Assembly (NCBI RefSeq): GCF_006345805.1
Contig: NC_043004.1
Coordinates: 70,184,001 to 70,248,000, forward strand
Length of the DNA stretch: 64,000 nucleotides
Source: Octopus sinensis
Lineage: Eukaryota
Direction of reading: 5' to 3'
In this document: positions 52,067-64,000 of the stretch, piece after piece
How positions within the stretch are numbered: the stretch's first letter is position 1
Layout of the letters: every line of letters begins with the position of its first letter
Translations under genes and position numbers: made by a program
The notes under the pieces: model-generated
The model's database searches: none
Seen by the model: the letters and a program-made list of their open reading frames with translations, nothing else
Told to the model about the DNA's origin: nothing

Positions 52067-53300
52067 ATATACAGGTGCAGGCATGGCTGTATGGTAAGAA
52101 GTTTGCTTCCCAACCGCATGATTCAGAGTTCAGTCCCACCGCATAGCACCTTGTTCAGCTGTCTTCTACTAGAGCTTTGGGACAACCAATGTAACTTGTG
52201 AGTGGATTTGATAGACAGAAACTGAAAGAGGTTTTGTGTGTGTATGTGTGTGTGTGTGTATCTTTGTGTCTGTATTTGTCCCCCACCACTGCTAGTCAAC
52301 CAGTGTTGGAGTGTTTACATACCCGTAACTTACCAGTTCGGCAAAAGAGACTGATAGAATAAGTACCAGGCTTTAGAAAAAAATGTAATGGGAGATGATT
52401 CATTCAACTAAGAATTCTTTAAGGAAGTGCCCAAGCATGGCCACAGTCTAATGACTGAAACAAGTGAAAAGTAAAAGATATATATATATATATATAATAT
52501 TATATAATATATATATATATATATATATAATATATATAATCTTCCTTGGAAACAAGGGAAGGTTGGCGGCAACAGAAAGGGTGTCCATCAGTAGAAAATC
52601 TACCTTAAACTCCGTCCAATCCATGTAAGAATGGGAAGGTAAACATTAAATGATGATAATGATTATCATGACATATATATATATAATATATATATATATA
52701 ATATATATATATATACAGGTGCAGGCATGGCTGTATGGTAAGAAGTTTGCTTCCCAACCGCATGATTCAGAGTTCAGTCCCACCGCATAGCACCTTGTTC
52801 AGCTGTCTTCTACTAGAGCTTTGGGACAACCAATGTAACTTGTGAGTGGATTTGATAGACAGAAACTGAAAGAGGTTTTGTGTGTGTATGTGTGTGTGTG
52901 GCACACAAGAAAACCATCCGAACGTGGCCGTAGCCAGTACCGCATCGACTGGCCTCCGTGCTGTGGGCACATAACAAACACCATCTGATCGTGCCGTTCG
53001 CCAGCCTCGTCTGGCACCTGTGCGGTGGCACATAAAATCACCCACTACACTCTCGGAGTGGTTGGCGTTAGGAAGGGCATCCAGCTGTAGAAACACTGCC
53101 AGATCTGACTGGCCTGGTGCAGCCTTCGGGCTTGCCAGACCCCAGTTGAACCGTCCAACCCATGCTAGCATGGAAAACGGACGCTAAATGATGATGATGA
53201 TGATGATGATGATGATATATATGGGTGTATATATTAGACCAACCCATGCCAGCATGGAAAACAGATTTTAAATGATGATGATGATGATGATGATATATTT

Positions 53301-53357
<57 letters not shown>

Positions 53358-54346
53358 TATATATATTATATATATTGAAGGGGTGAGAATCAGTGTATTA
53401 GACCAAACTCTATCAAAAATATATCTTGCTATGTACGTATGTATTTATCTATCTATCTGAAGTGAAAATGCAATATTACTGTGTTTTGTAGTAGGCAGCA
53501 AGAGATCATTGGAATAATGTTGCAACTGATGAAATCATCATTGCTTGATTTAAAATTGTTTGATGATAAATTCTAGGTCATTCAGAAGAAGGTTTTGATG
53601 CATTAATGGACTTAGGAACAATATTGTTACATGCTAACAACAATCATGTTTACAAGCTTATAATATGTGTATGGGTGTGTCACATACACATACACACACA
53701 CATGCATATACACAAACACATACTCACACACATACATGTATGCACATCATATATGTACATACACATACAAACATACACACACAATATAATATATATATGC
53801 ACACATATATATATATATGTATATATATATGTGTGTATATTATATATATCTATGTATATATATATTATATATATATATGTATATATATGTATATATATAT
53901 GTATATATATGTATATTATATATATATATATATATCTATATATATATATATATATACATGTTATATATATATATATATATGTATATATAAATGTATATAT
54001 ATATATATATATATATATGATTAATTAATAAGGGTGAGAGAATTAGATACTAATTTAATAAGTATATCTATTCACACCAAGTGTGCCTAGTGCTCCGAGA
54101 AACCTCGGAGCACTAGGCCACTTGTGTTGAATAGATATACTATTAAATTAGTATCTAATTCTCTCACCCTTATTAATTAATTATAATTATGCTGCATTTA
54201 TTTCTAAATGCTGTATTTGTTTTCCGTGAAGTTTGGCGCGCTGTAGTTTGGGGCATTTGAATTATAACGTCGGATGTAATCAATGAACCACACGCGTATT
54301 TATCGTTATGGTAAAATCTGGCGTGTGATTGAGTGGATTTCATCCA

Positions 54347-54438
54347 GATAGTTTTGGCTGACGAGCTACAAGTGGATTTTTTTGTAGTAAAATACAATTA
54401 CATTTATTCATTAAGCGAAACATTGTCCCAAAATAATC
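54347..54438 (+). ncRNA. Type I hammerhead ribozyme, array copy 1
   Basis: CTGACGA 54358-54364, GAAA 54417-54420, GTC ending 54427; small indels in stems II and III. Confidence 0.7.
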
Positions 54439-54880
54439 TGTATTTTTGTTATTTTTTATTTGCCCTGTCCGTGTGAGCTAACAATCGTACTGACTTTCAT
54501 GGGAACATGTATTTTTGTGGTTGAAACCTTTTGGATTAACTGGTGCTAGAGTGGAGCCATATAGTGACCACTCTCTTATATTTATTTTGTAAAAATATTG
54601 TAATATATTATAAAATATTATAATAATCCAGGTTTCTCGAGCAGCACTAGGCCACTTGGTGTTGAATAGATATACTATTAAATTAGTATCAATTCTCTCA
54701 CCCTTATTAATTATTATAATTATGCTGCATTTATTCTAAATGCTGTATTTGTTTTCCGTGAAAGTGGCGGCGCTGTTTTAGTTGGGGCATTTTTAATTAT
54801 AACGTCGATGTAATCAATTGAACCACACGCGTTTTATCGTTATGGTAAAATCTGGCGTGTGATTGAGTGGATTTCATCCA

Positions 54881-54970
54881 GATAGTTTTGGCTGAGAGCT
54901 ACAGTGGATTTTTTTGTAAGTAAAATTACATTTAATTCATTAATAGCGAAACAATTGTCCCAAAATAATC
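54881..54970 (+). ncRNA. Type I hammerhead ribozyme, array copy 2 (core reads CTGAGA, 1-nt deletion)
   Basis: Same flanking stems, GAAACAATTGTC ending 54959; core lacks one base, real or sequencing error. Confidence 0.5.
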
Positions 54971-55410
54971 TGTATTTTTGTTATTTTTTATTTGCCCTGT
55001 CCGTGTGAGCTAACAATCGTACTGACTTTCATGGGAAACATGTATTTTTGTGGTTGAAACCTTTTGGATTACTGGTGCTAGAGTGAGCCATATAGTGACC
55101 ACTCTCTTATATTTATTTTGTAAAAATATTGTAATATATTATAAAATATTATAATAATCCAGGTTTCTCGGAGCACTAGACCACTTGGTGTTGAATAGAT
55201 ATACTATTAAATTAGTATCTAATTCTCTCACCCTTATTAATTATTATATTATGCTGCATTTATTTCTAAATGCTGTATTTGTTTTCCGTGAAAGTTTGGC
55301 GCGCTGTTAGTTGGGGCATTTGAATTATAACGTCGGATGTAATCAATTGAACCACACGCGTATTTATCGTTATGGTAAAATCTGGCGTGTGATTGAGTGG
55401 ATTTCATCCA

Positions 55411-55502
55411 GATAGTTTTGGCTGACGAGCTACAAGTGGATTTTCTTGTAAGTAAAATTACATTTAATTCATTAATAGCGAAACAATTGTCCCAAAATAA
55501 TC
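55411..55502 (+). ncRNA. Type I hammerhead ribozyme (intact core), array copy 3
   Basis: Stem I gatagttttgg / ccaaaataatc; CTGACGA 55422-55428; stem II gcta...tagc with large insert; GAAA 55480-55483; palindromic stem III ACAATTGT; GTC cleavage triplet ending 55491. Confidence 0.8.
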
Positions 55503-55663
55503 TGTATTTTTGTTATTTTTTTCCCTGTCCGTGTGAGCTAACAATCGTACTGACTTTCATGGGAAACATGTATTTTTGTGGTTGAAACCTTTTGGATTAA
55601 CTGGTGCTAGAGTGAGCCATATAGTGACCACTCTCTTATATTTATTTTATATATATATATGTA

Positions 55664-55710
<47 letters not shown>

Positions 55711-55791
55711 CATGTAATATATATATATATATATATGTTATATATGTATATATTTTATTATATATATATATATATATATACAGTATATATC

Positions 55792-55824
<33 letters not shown>

Positions 55825-55914
55825 TGTATATATATATATATAATACCGGAGTAAGCACATAATGTAAAACAAGGAGGAAAAAGAGTACTCAAATACCAGA
55901 GGTAGAGTAATATG

Positions 55915-56018
55915 CTTTATTTAAAAGCAGCAGAAATATAACAAGAGCTGTCTGACGAACGGGAACATGAAACTCTGAGTAACACCTTTTGTTATATTTC
56001 TACTGCTTTTAAATAAAG
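55915..56018 (+). ncRNA. Minimal type I hammerhead with very long stem I, in a short (TA)n-embedded element (55846-56020)
   Basis: ctttatttaaaagcagcagaaatataacaagagctgt-CTGACGA-acg ggaa cat-GAAA-ctctgag-TA-acaccttttgttatatttctactgcttttaaataaag; one mismatch in stem II. Confidence 0.65.
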
Positions 56019-56661
56019 TATATATATATGTGTGTGTGTGTGTGTTGTGTGTGTGTAAATGTCTGTGTATGTGTAGAAATGAAGCCAAAAATGAAATGCA
56101 TGAGTGAGATGTGGCCCCTATCCCACCTAAAAGGGCAGTATTAGTCTGGATAAGGAACTGATTCAGATTGTGATGACCCACAATGTAACTTATGCCAACA
56201 TAGAAAGTGATCATAAAATGATGATGATGAAGTCATGCATACATATATATATATATATAAGTAATTATTTGGACTTTGGATATAAGTCTATTAGTATGAT
56301 GATTAAAGCACACTTACTGTTTGGGCTACCTGATGTCATCGACAGTTAAGGCATAGTTTTCACTGGATCTACATCAAGAATTACACAGTATTCATTTGGT
56401 TTATAATTGATGAAGGAAACAGAAAATGGATTTGGTAGCCAGACTCATCTGCAGATTATAACCCCAGAATTATTCTATTCTCTGTCAGTGTACCTACATT
56501 CTACAAGAGAGTACAACAGGCCTGGAGGAACTAGATGCACAATATCCTATCTGTAAGGGACAGTTGTAGGATGGGTTGAAATGATCATCACGCTGAATAA
56601 ACACTTTTACCAAATCTATTTTCAGCTTCCCTCATCAATTATATAAATATATATATATATA

Positions 56662-57210
56662 TCATCATCACCATCATCATCGTTTAATGTCCGCTTTCCA
56701 TGCTGGCATGGGTTGGATGATTTGACTGGGGATTGGCAAACCAGATGGTTGCACCAGGCTCCAATCTGATCTGGCAGAGTTTCTACAGCTTGATGCCCTT
56801 TCTAACGCCAACCACTCCGATAGTGTAGTGGGTGATTTTACGTGCCAGTCAAGCAGTATTGGCAATGGCCACACTCAAATGCTATTTTTTTACGTGACAC
56901 CTGCACAGGAGCCAGTTCAGCAGCACTGGCAATGATCTTGCTCAAATGTTTTTTCATGTACCACCTGCACAAGTGCCAGTAAGGCAATGCAGGTAACAAT
57001 CACACTCGAATGGTGTTTTTTACGTGCCACTGGTATGGAATCCAGTCAGCTGCTCTGGCAACGATCACGCTTGAATGGTGCTCTTAGCACTCCATCGCAC
57101 AGATGCCAGACATCGAATTTGATTTTGATCTCGATCTCACTTGCCTCAACAGGTCTTTGCAAGCAGAATTTAGTGTCCAATGAAGGAAAGGTACGCATAA
57201 ATGGGCTGGT
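56662..57210 (-). mobile_element. Short 3'-end copy of the RTE LINE (representative)
   Basis: Homologous to the LINE 3' UTR 32298-32800 including the (GAT)n tail; similar copies at 38068-38390, 40680-41050, 48563-48880, 52898-53215. Confidence 0.8.
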
Positions 57211-57681
57211 AACAATTTCTATATTAATAATGATATTTATTATTAGTATCGAAATTATAATTTACTCCCTGATCAAAAACTGCAGTTTCTGCTGGATTGC
57301 TTGTAACACACACGTGGGTATTGAGGAGGATAATTATGTGTTCACATTCGGTTGTATATTTTTGAAAGAGTTGGGTGAATATCAGTCATGCACTGACGCT
57401 CGATCACTTACATATCTAATCCTCTTAAATTCATATTTGAAATGCCGCACTGAAGATGGGAAATAAGTAAATATAACTTTACTTCAATCTCGAAACGCAT
57501 ATGTAGCTAATCTGAGTCGTGTGGATTCGTTATTTTATCTTTTTGCCGACGTAAAAAAGTGTGTTACTGTCTGGGAGATCTTTACGGTAGTAGAAATGGA
57601 ATTTTAGTTCCTATTTCTAAATTCAGTGCTTGGCAAAGCAATTAGCTGTTTATAATTATAGAATAGTTATATATATATATA

Positions 57682-58228
57682 CACTACCGTCAGAAATTAA
57701 TTAGCACCCTTGATTTGCTCACCATGAAGCATGGTGGGGGTGGTCTGATGGTGTGAGGGGCGTTCAGCTACAGTGGTGTTGGGCGGCTCTATGCCGTCGA
57801 AGGCAACATCAATGCAGCAAAGTACGTTCAGATAGTACAGGATACCTCTTTGGTGGCGAGGAGTACGTGAACCCTATTGAGAACCTCTGGAGTCGATTGG
57901 GTAGGGATTTGAATGTGCAGCAATACAGGAACCGACACGAGCTGTTTGGGGCACTTCTTGCTGCATGAGGGGCCATCCCTGCACAGTACCTGCAGGCACT
58001 CATAGACAGCATGCCGACCCGCGTAGCAGCTGTCATTGCTGCCAAAGGAGGAGCAACAAGATATTGACTAAATTTCACGATTAATAACAATTATGTGGTG
58101 TGCTGGGATATGTTTTAATAAAATTTTGATTAAAAACGAGTTCGTTTCTGATAATAAGTTAATTAAATTAAGAAAATGTAAGAAAATGTAGAAATTTGAG
58201 AAGTGCTAATTAATTTCCGACGCAAGTG
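57682..58228 (+). mobile_element. Internally deleted Tc1-like transposon
   Basis: 26-bp TIRs cactaccgtcagaaattaattagcac / gtgctaattaatttccgacgcaagtg, TA on both sides; remnants TMKHGGGGLMV*GAFS, NPIENLW, SMPTRVAAVIAAKGGATRY. Confidence 0.9.
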
Positions 58229-58956
58229 TATACATATACATATATATACATACACATACATATACACATACATATTTATATATATTCATAATAGCTAAAG
58301 TGCAAGTGTGTGTATAAGAGTAGCAAACACATGCACATATACACATGCAGACATCTATATACATGATACACAAACTAATGAAGAAATCCATGTGTGGTCA
58401 TTTGACCTGTTAGAAACAACAGTAAAAATCTCCTTCAAACCATACCCTACCATTACCACAAAAATGAAAGATTACATTGTAAAATGTGATTCTAGTTAAA
58501 ATGTATCTAGAGAAAAAAAACACAAAAGTTATGCTAAAATCCGTTCTGATCATAGATTTGTTTGTTAAGAGTTGACCCGGACTAAGCAACTAAATACCCA
58601 GCCTTCGTAAATTACATGCATCTGGACACAACACAAACAGACAGAGAATGTGTGCACACACACACACACATGTAGATGAAAGGCAGACATACACACACAT
58701 TGGAGATAGACGGACGAAAATCAAAATCAATAGTTACAAAGATAGAAATTAGCTTCATCTCTGGAAAGTGTCCCAGACATATCTTATATCATTCTGACAT
58801 TAGCAATCACTTCTAGTCATCTAAATAGCTGGCCAAATTGTGAAAGACTATGTATGTGTGTATTTGAGGAGATAGAAAGATAGTGAGATAAAAAAAAGAA
58901 TTTGTCAGTATGTAAAGGCCAAATTTAATAGTACATGTATACAAATATACATATAC

Positions 58957-58987
<31 letters not shown>

Positions 58988-59886
58988 CACTTATATACTT
59001 ACATATATATATATATATATATCTATATACACATATATATATATATATACACACACACATTCATATACATATATATATGCATACATAAATTTACACATAT
59101 GCATATACACACTAATATATATGCACAGACATAGATGTATATGTTTATGTGACTACAAGTTTGGCTGAGTGGTTAAAACATTTGTCTTGCAACCACCAGA
59201 ATCTGAGTCTCAGATATAATATATTAATTAATCTACATTAACAAACAAATTTTTTTTAAATAGCATAAACTATGTATGGAACCAGAAATCTCATATCTCA
59301 GAAACTTGATTTTTGAAGCATTTTGAAAAATAACAGCAAACCCAAAATATATGAAAAGTGAATTAATTTAGCATATATTATCCTTTCCAGGAAATAACAA
59401 ATTACATGAAACCTATCCATAATAAACCTGAACGACAAAGAAAACTTAGAGAAGATGGATCTAGACAAATTCAAAATGGAAAGACAGACGATTCTGATTA
59501 AGAGTTAATGCCAATAACAAAAACTTAAACTGACAAATGAAAAAATAGAAGGGAAAATTTCAAAACAAAAAATAGCCAGTTGCTCACTCTATGAAAACAC
59601 CAATAAAATACGGAGTGAAAATGATGAATGAATATCTCATCATCAGAATGTTTCAGTAATTATGAAGCTGAGTTCAAAACAAAATATAGTGATGGCCTAT
59701 TCTTAAATGAAGCTAAAAGTCTACAAACCTTACTGACAAATAATAAAAGTAAGAATTAAACAAATCGAACTTATATTTATTAAGGATACCAAAATAATGG
59801 CTTAAAATTTTTGACACAAGGCCAGTAGATTTGGAGAGAGGGTCTAAAGGGATTACATCAACTTCAGTATTCAATTTTATTGGGAA

Positions 59887-60285
59887 CTAGCAGTATCGCC
59901 CGGCGTTGCTCGGGTTTGTAAGGGAAATAACTATATAAGCCTTTTTAGAGAGTTATAGCCAAAAAATAGCAAAAAAATGCATTAAAAATGGAAAAAAAAT
60001 GATGGTAAATTTTTTTTTAAATCGTTGACTCATCGTAGACATTTTTAGAGAGTTACTTCTCTTATATAATAGCGAAAAAATGCATTAAAATGGAAAAAAA
60101 GTAGTGGTAAATTTTTTTTTAAATTGTAGACTCATCGTAGACGCACGCTAATACCCAGAAGGGCTTGATATGAATCATGACTATAAGATACCCGCTTTTG
60201 GTTAAACTGCACCGCAAAATGTGGGAGTAGTTAGGAATCTAAATCATAGGAGACAGACACACAACTTCACTTTTATATATAAAGA
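59887..60285 (-). mobile_element. Non-autonomous Helitron, copy 2 (inserted into a SINE)
   Basis: Reverse complement of the 42522 element at both ends; A|T insertion site; carries an internal duplication of about 85 bp. Confidence 0.85.
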
Positions 60286-60689
60286 TTTGAACTCAAACCA
60301 TAAAGATGAACAAAATGCTGCTAAGCATTTTTTCCAGCGTGCTAATGATTCTTCCAGCTGACTGAAAATAATACCAAAATAATAACATCATCAATTCCAG
60401 GATATGTAGACTTTTGTAGTAAGCTCACTCAAAAATCCCAAAACTCACTTTTTCAAGGATCCCAACATACATAAAGGGAACAGGAATTAGAACTTGTAAA
60501 ACAATCCTAGACAGAACCAGTGCCAATCTGGTTCCAAGAACGAATACAAATGCTACAGATATCCTGATAAAAACAAAAACCTGACAATGGATGTAGAAAT
60601 GCCAAAAGAATGACAAACTTAAAAGATTTTTTTGGTTTTAGGCCCAGTCAACAGAATTCATGACACAAAGTGGTACAAATTGAAAATAA

Positions 60690-60925
60690 TCTTATTTCTT
60701 TACTGCCCACAAGGGGCTACACACAGAGGGGACAAACAAGGACAGACAAATGGATTAAGTCGATTACATCGACCCCAGTGCATAACTTGTACTTATTTAA
60801 TCGACCCCGAAAGGATGAAAGGCAAAGTTGACCGCGGCGGAATTTGAACTCACAACATAGCGGCAGACGAAGTACCGCTAAGCATTTCGCCCAGCGTGCT
60901 AACATTTCTGCCAGCTCGCCACCTT
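60690..60925 (-). mobile_element. Second SINE family (ggcgagctggcagaaa...ctgagttcaaattccgccg...ctttcatcctttcggggtcgat), representative copy
   Basis: B-box-like gagttcaaattcc; homologs near 3285-3460, 10215-10433, 11288-11502, 17258-17880, 18080-18300, 24310-24528, 41110-41330, 42285-42510. Confidence 0.75.
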
Positions 60926-61019
60926 TGAAAATAATCTATCTTTCATACAAAAACCTTTCAATACAACAAAGGCTTAAAATTCACTCCTTTAGCAGAATGG
61001 CCTATTCTATACAAAATTA

Positions 61020-61910
61020 TTTGACATGGAAAACAATGTACAAAATAAAAGCAATTACAACCCAGTAATATCTAGAAACAATGCATTAGATAAATTTTCT
61101 GGTTTTAAATCCAACTTCTCATATGAACTATCAAGCTCTAAATCTAATTCCAGCATGCATCAAAGGGAATGAGAAATTATCCATGACCTCAAAAACAACA
61201 CTGACATCATAATTAAAGAAGCAGATAAGATATATGCCACAGTCATTATGGATATTGAATACTAAAAAAATGGTCTTTTATCCCCACTAGAAGACACCAC
61301 CTATTATGAAAAGATAAGCAAGTACTAAGCATTGTAAACAATGAAGAATCTTAGCACCTTCATTCACCTACGCCAAAAAGGTTTAACAAATAAGGAATGC
61401 AGCTATATAATGAACTTTGAATGCAAAACCAGTGATCTATATGGACTCCCTAAAATTCACAAGAGCAAAACAATGTACAACCCCAGTAAAGAATCAAATT
61501 TATTATGTATAAACATATCACATCCCAGTGATCTTAAATTAAGACAATTTGTAGTGAACCCAACCTGGGAAATATACAGATTCAGCAACTTTGTAGACAT
61601 ACTGCAGAAATTCATCCTGAAACCCATACCAATCCTTATTAGGGGTGATTTGGACCTGTTAAGCTACCACCAAAAAAAGAAATATGATAAAAACACTATT
61701 ATTGAATTATTTGATATAACAAACCTCCATACTTCAATATGCCACACAACTGTGAACTATAATTCATAAAATTTTGGATTGAAAATTTCTCCTATGAAAT
61801 CTTAAGCTGAATACGGAAAAAGATTAAGTAATAAAGGAGTTAAACTCATCCAACAAAATAACCTTTTCAACTTCAATGGCATTTACCAATATTTGAGATT
61901 GCAATGGTGA
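61020..61910 (+). mobile_element. Decayed Penelope-like (GIY-YIG class) reverse transcriptase fragment
   Basis: Remnants IIIKEADK...VIMD, LYGLPKIHK, LRQFV, FDITNLHTSI, FNFNG with many stops; the element probably extends left to about 59250, interrupted by SINEs and the Helitron. Confidence 0.7.
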
Positions 61911-62136
61911 CAAAGAGCAAATTTTCAGTAAAATTCAGTAAAATTTTCAGTAAAAGATAACACTTCATAGCTCCAGATTCCTTCATCTCATACTTTTAAA
62001 AATTATGAAATTGTAAAATCTGTTAAGTAAATGTAAATAACTTTTTTTAAGCCATCAAGTGCCTTTTCAAATTCTTTCCTTTATACTCATGTGAAAAACA
62101 CTTATTTTCCTCTATGGTATGAGTATACATGCACAT

Positions 62137-62189
<53 letters not shown>

Positions 62190-64000
62190 TTGAAATTTCT
62201 TTTTTTTTCTTTCTTTTGCACGAGGTCATGTGAGTAAAGAAAGAGTGTTGTCATGTTTACATTCCTGATGATCATTACATCCCATAATTCTATACTCTCA
62301 AACAGGTAAGAGTTGGCAACAGGAAGAGCATCTGACAGTTAAATACTGCCTTGAATAAGTACCTACCTAACCTATGCCAGCACAGAAAAACTAATTTAAG
62401 ATGAACAAACAGAAGACAGAGGAATGAGAAAGAGATAAAGAAAGAGTAGAAAACTATTGGAAGAAAAAAAGAAAGAAAGAAAGAAGTGGTAAGAAAAGGT
62501 AAAGTATTTACTGAACCAAGATAACAATTAATACAATTAGATATGATACCATGATTGAGAAAGCATTTATCTATGAGGAAAGAGGTTGTAAATGACTAAG
62601 AAAAGTGTAAGATTTATGATTTATATAAGTAGCTGACCAAACGGAGAAATAAAGAAGCATAAAAGAATAAGAAGCAAATGCATGGCCTGAACTTAAATAC
62701 AACTCTTGGGGGTGAGATCAGGTCATGTGTGGCTAACATGTAAATTGATTTTCACCAGAAGGTTGGTTTCCTTTTTTATTTTATTTTATTTTACCCTGCT
62801 ATATTTCACTATTTGATGAAGAGTAGCATGTGAAAAGCACAAATAATAGGGCAAATGGAAGCAGCTGAATAAATTAAATGTATATATATCTATGCAAGTG
62901 TGTGTGTATATATAGTATGAGTGTAAGTGTGCATGTACGTGAGTAGATATGTGTGTTGTATGTATGCAAGTGAAGGATTTATTTGTCAAAACTTGATGCT
63001 GTGTGTGTGTGTGTGCATGCGTGCGTGTGTTGTGTTGTGTGTAAATATGTGTATAATTGATGTGTAGATGATAGACTCTAACATCAGTTTTGACATGGAT
63101 GACCTGCTCACTGAATTTGTGTGCAAAGTGGCTGAATATTCCATAGACAAGCGTACTCTTAATGTAATATATCCAAGTGGGAGAAAATTGTGGAAGAGGG
63201 GTAAAAGTAGTGAAAGCTAATTGAACCTTACAAAGACAAAGGAATGCAACAAATGGTGAGACGCTATATTAATGAAAACCTCTCCAACCTATGCAAGCAT
63301 GGAGAAGTGAAAGTAACGAAGGATGATGCTATGGTGTATACCATGTATTTTCATGTATAAAATCGACTGTATTTTCCAGATTTTTCAACCTAAAAATGAT
63401 GCATGTACATTTTTCTTGTGTACGTGTGTGGTTAGGAAGCTCTTTTTGCAACCATGTGATTTTGGGTTCGGTCATACAGCATGGTACCTTCAGCAACTGT
63501 TTTCTTCTATAACCCCAGGCTGACCAATGCCTTGTGAGTGAGTTTGGGTGATGGGAACTGCGAGGAAACATGTTGCGTGCATGTATGTATGTATTTGTGT
63601 TGTGCTTGTCTCTCTCCACTGCTCAACAACCAGTGTTGGTTTGTTTACATCCTCATAACTTAGCCGTTTCGCAAAAAAAAAACTAAATGAATAAGTACCA
63701 GATTTACAGATGAGTACAGGGGGTGGGGGTCAATTTGTACAGCTGAATCCGTCGAGGTGGTGCCCCAGCATGGCCACAGTCCAATGACTGAAACAAGTAA
63801 TATGAATAATATAAAACTATACACTACTCATTTTTCTGGTTTTAAGAGTGTAGCCATAAATATGGCATATTATCCCTTTTGCTTAAGCTAAATTTAAATG
63901 TGCTTAAATGTCGGTAGAATCCATGATATAGGCATAGACATGGCTGTGTGGTTAAGAAGTTCATCTCACAGCTTCATAGATTTCTGAGAGTTACAAATCA

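Larger units (their letters stand above)
54021..55648 (+). repeat. Tandem array of about 2.9 copies of a 532-nt unit preceded by an 84-nt inverted arm, embedded in (TA)n
   Basis: Units restart at about 54105, 54638 and 55169 (tcggagcactaggccacttggtgttg); 54021-54104 is the reverse complement of the unit junction region. Confidence 0.9.

Noticed and set aside
57445-57510. CTGAAGA...GAAAC motif, and TTGAAGA...CGAAAC at about 19700
   Set aside because: Hammerhead-like boxes are present but stems I and II pair poorly; probably decayed Penelope-type ends, not callable.

Overview
Eukaryotic (animal) genomic DNA, very AT-rich and dominated by (TA)n/(CA)n/(TAA)n microsatellites and tRNA-headed SINEs; the repeat landscape looks like an Octopus genome (inference). 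Most ORFs in the supplied track are microsatellite or repeat artefacts. One real multi-exon gene runs on the minus strand: a PEAK1/pragmin (NKF3)-family pseudokinase scaffold. Four exons are well supported (13483-13564, 7534-8079, 3921-4438, 1546-2400) and two upstream exons (34891-35221, 30428-30544) are phase-compatible, giving about 815 aa with no clear start codon. The introns hold a 5'-truncated RTE LINE with target-site duplication, R4/Dong-type and Penelope-like remnants, mariner/Tc1, hAT, piggyBac-like and Helitron non-autonomous elements, and an 18S rRNA+ITS1 fragment patched into a SINE. The most striking unannotated signal is a set of type I hammerhead ribozymes in (TA)n-embedded elements. 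These include a three-copy 532-nt tandem array with a 5' inverted arm (54021-55648; retrozyme or Penelope pseudo-LTR-like) and several short fold-back elements, some in the sense of the host pre-mRNA.
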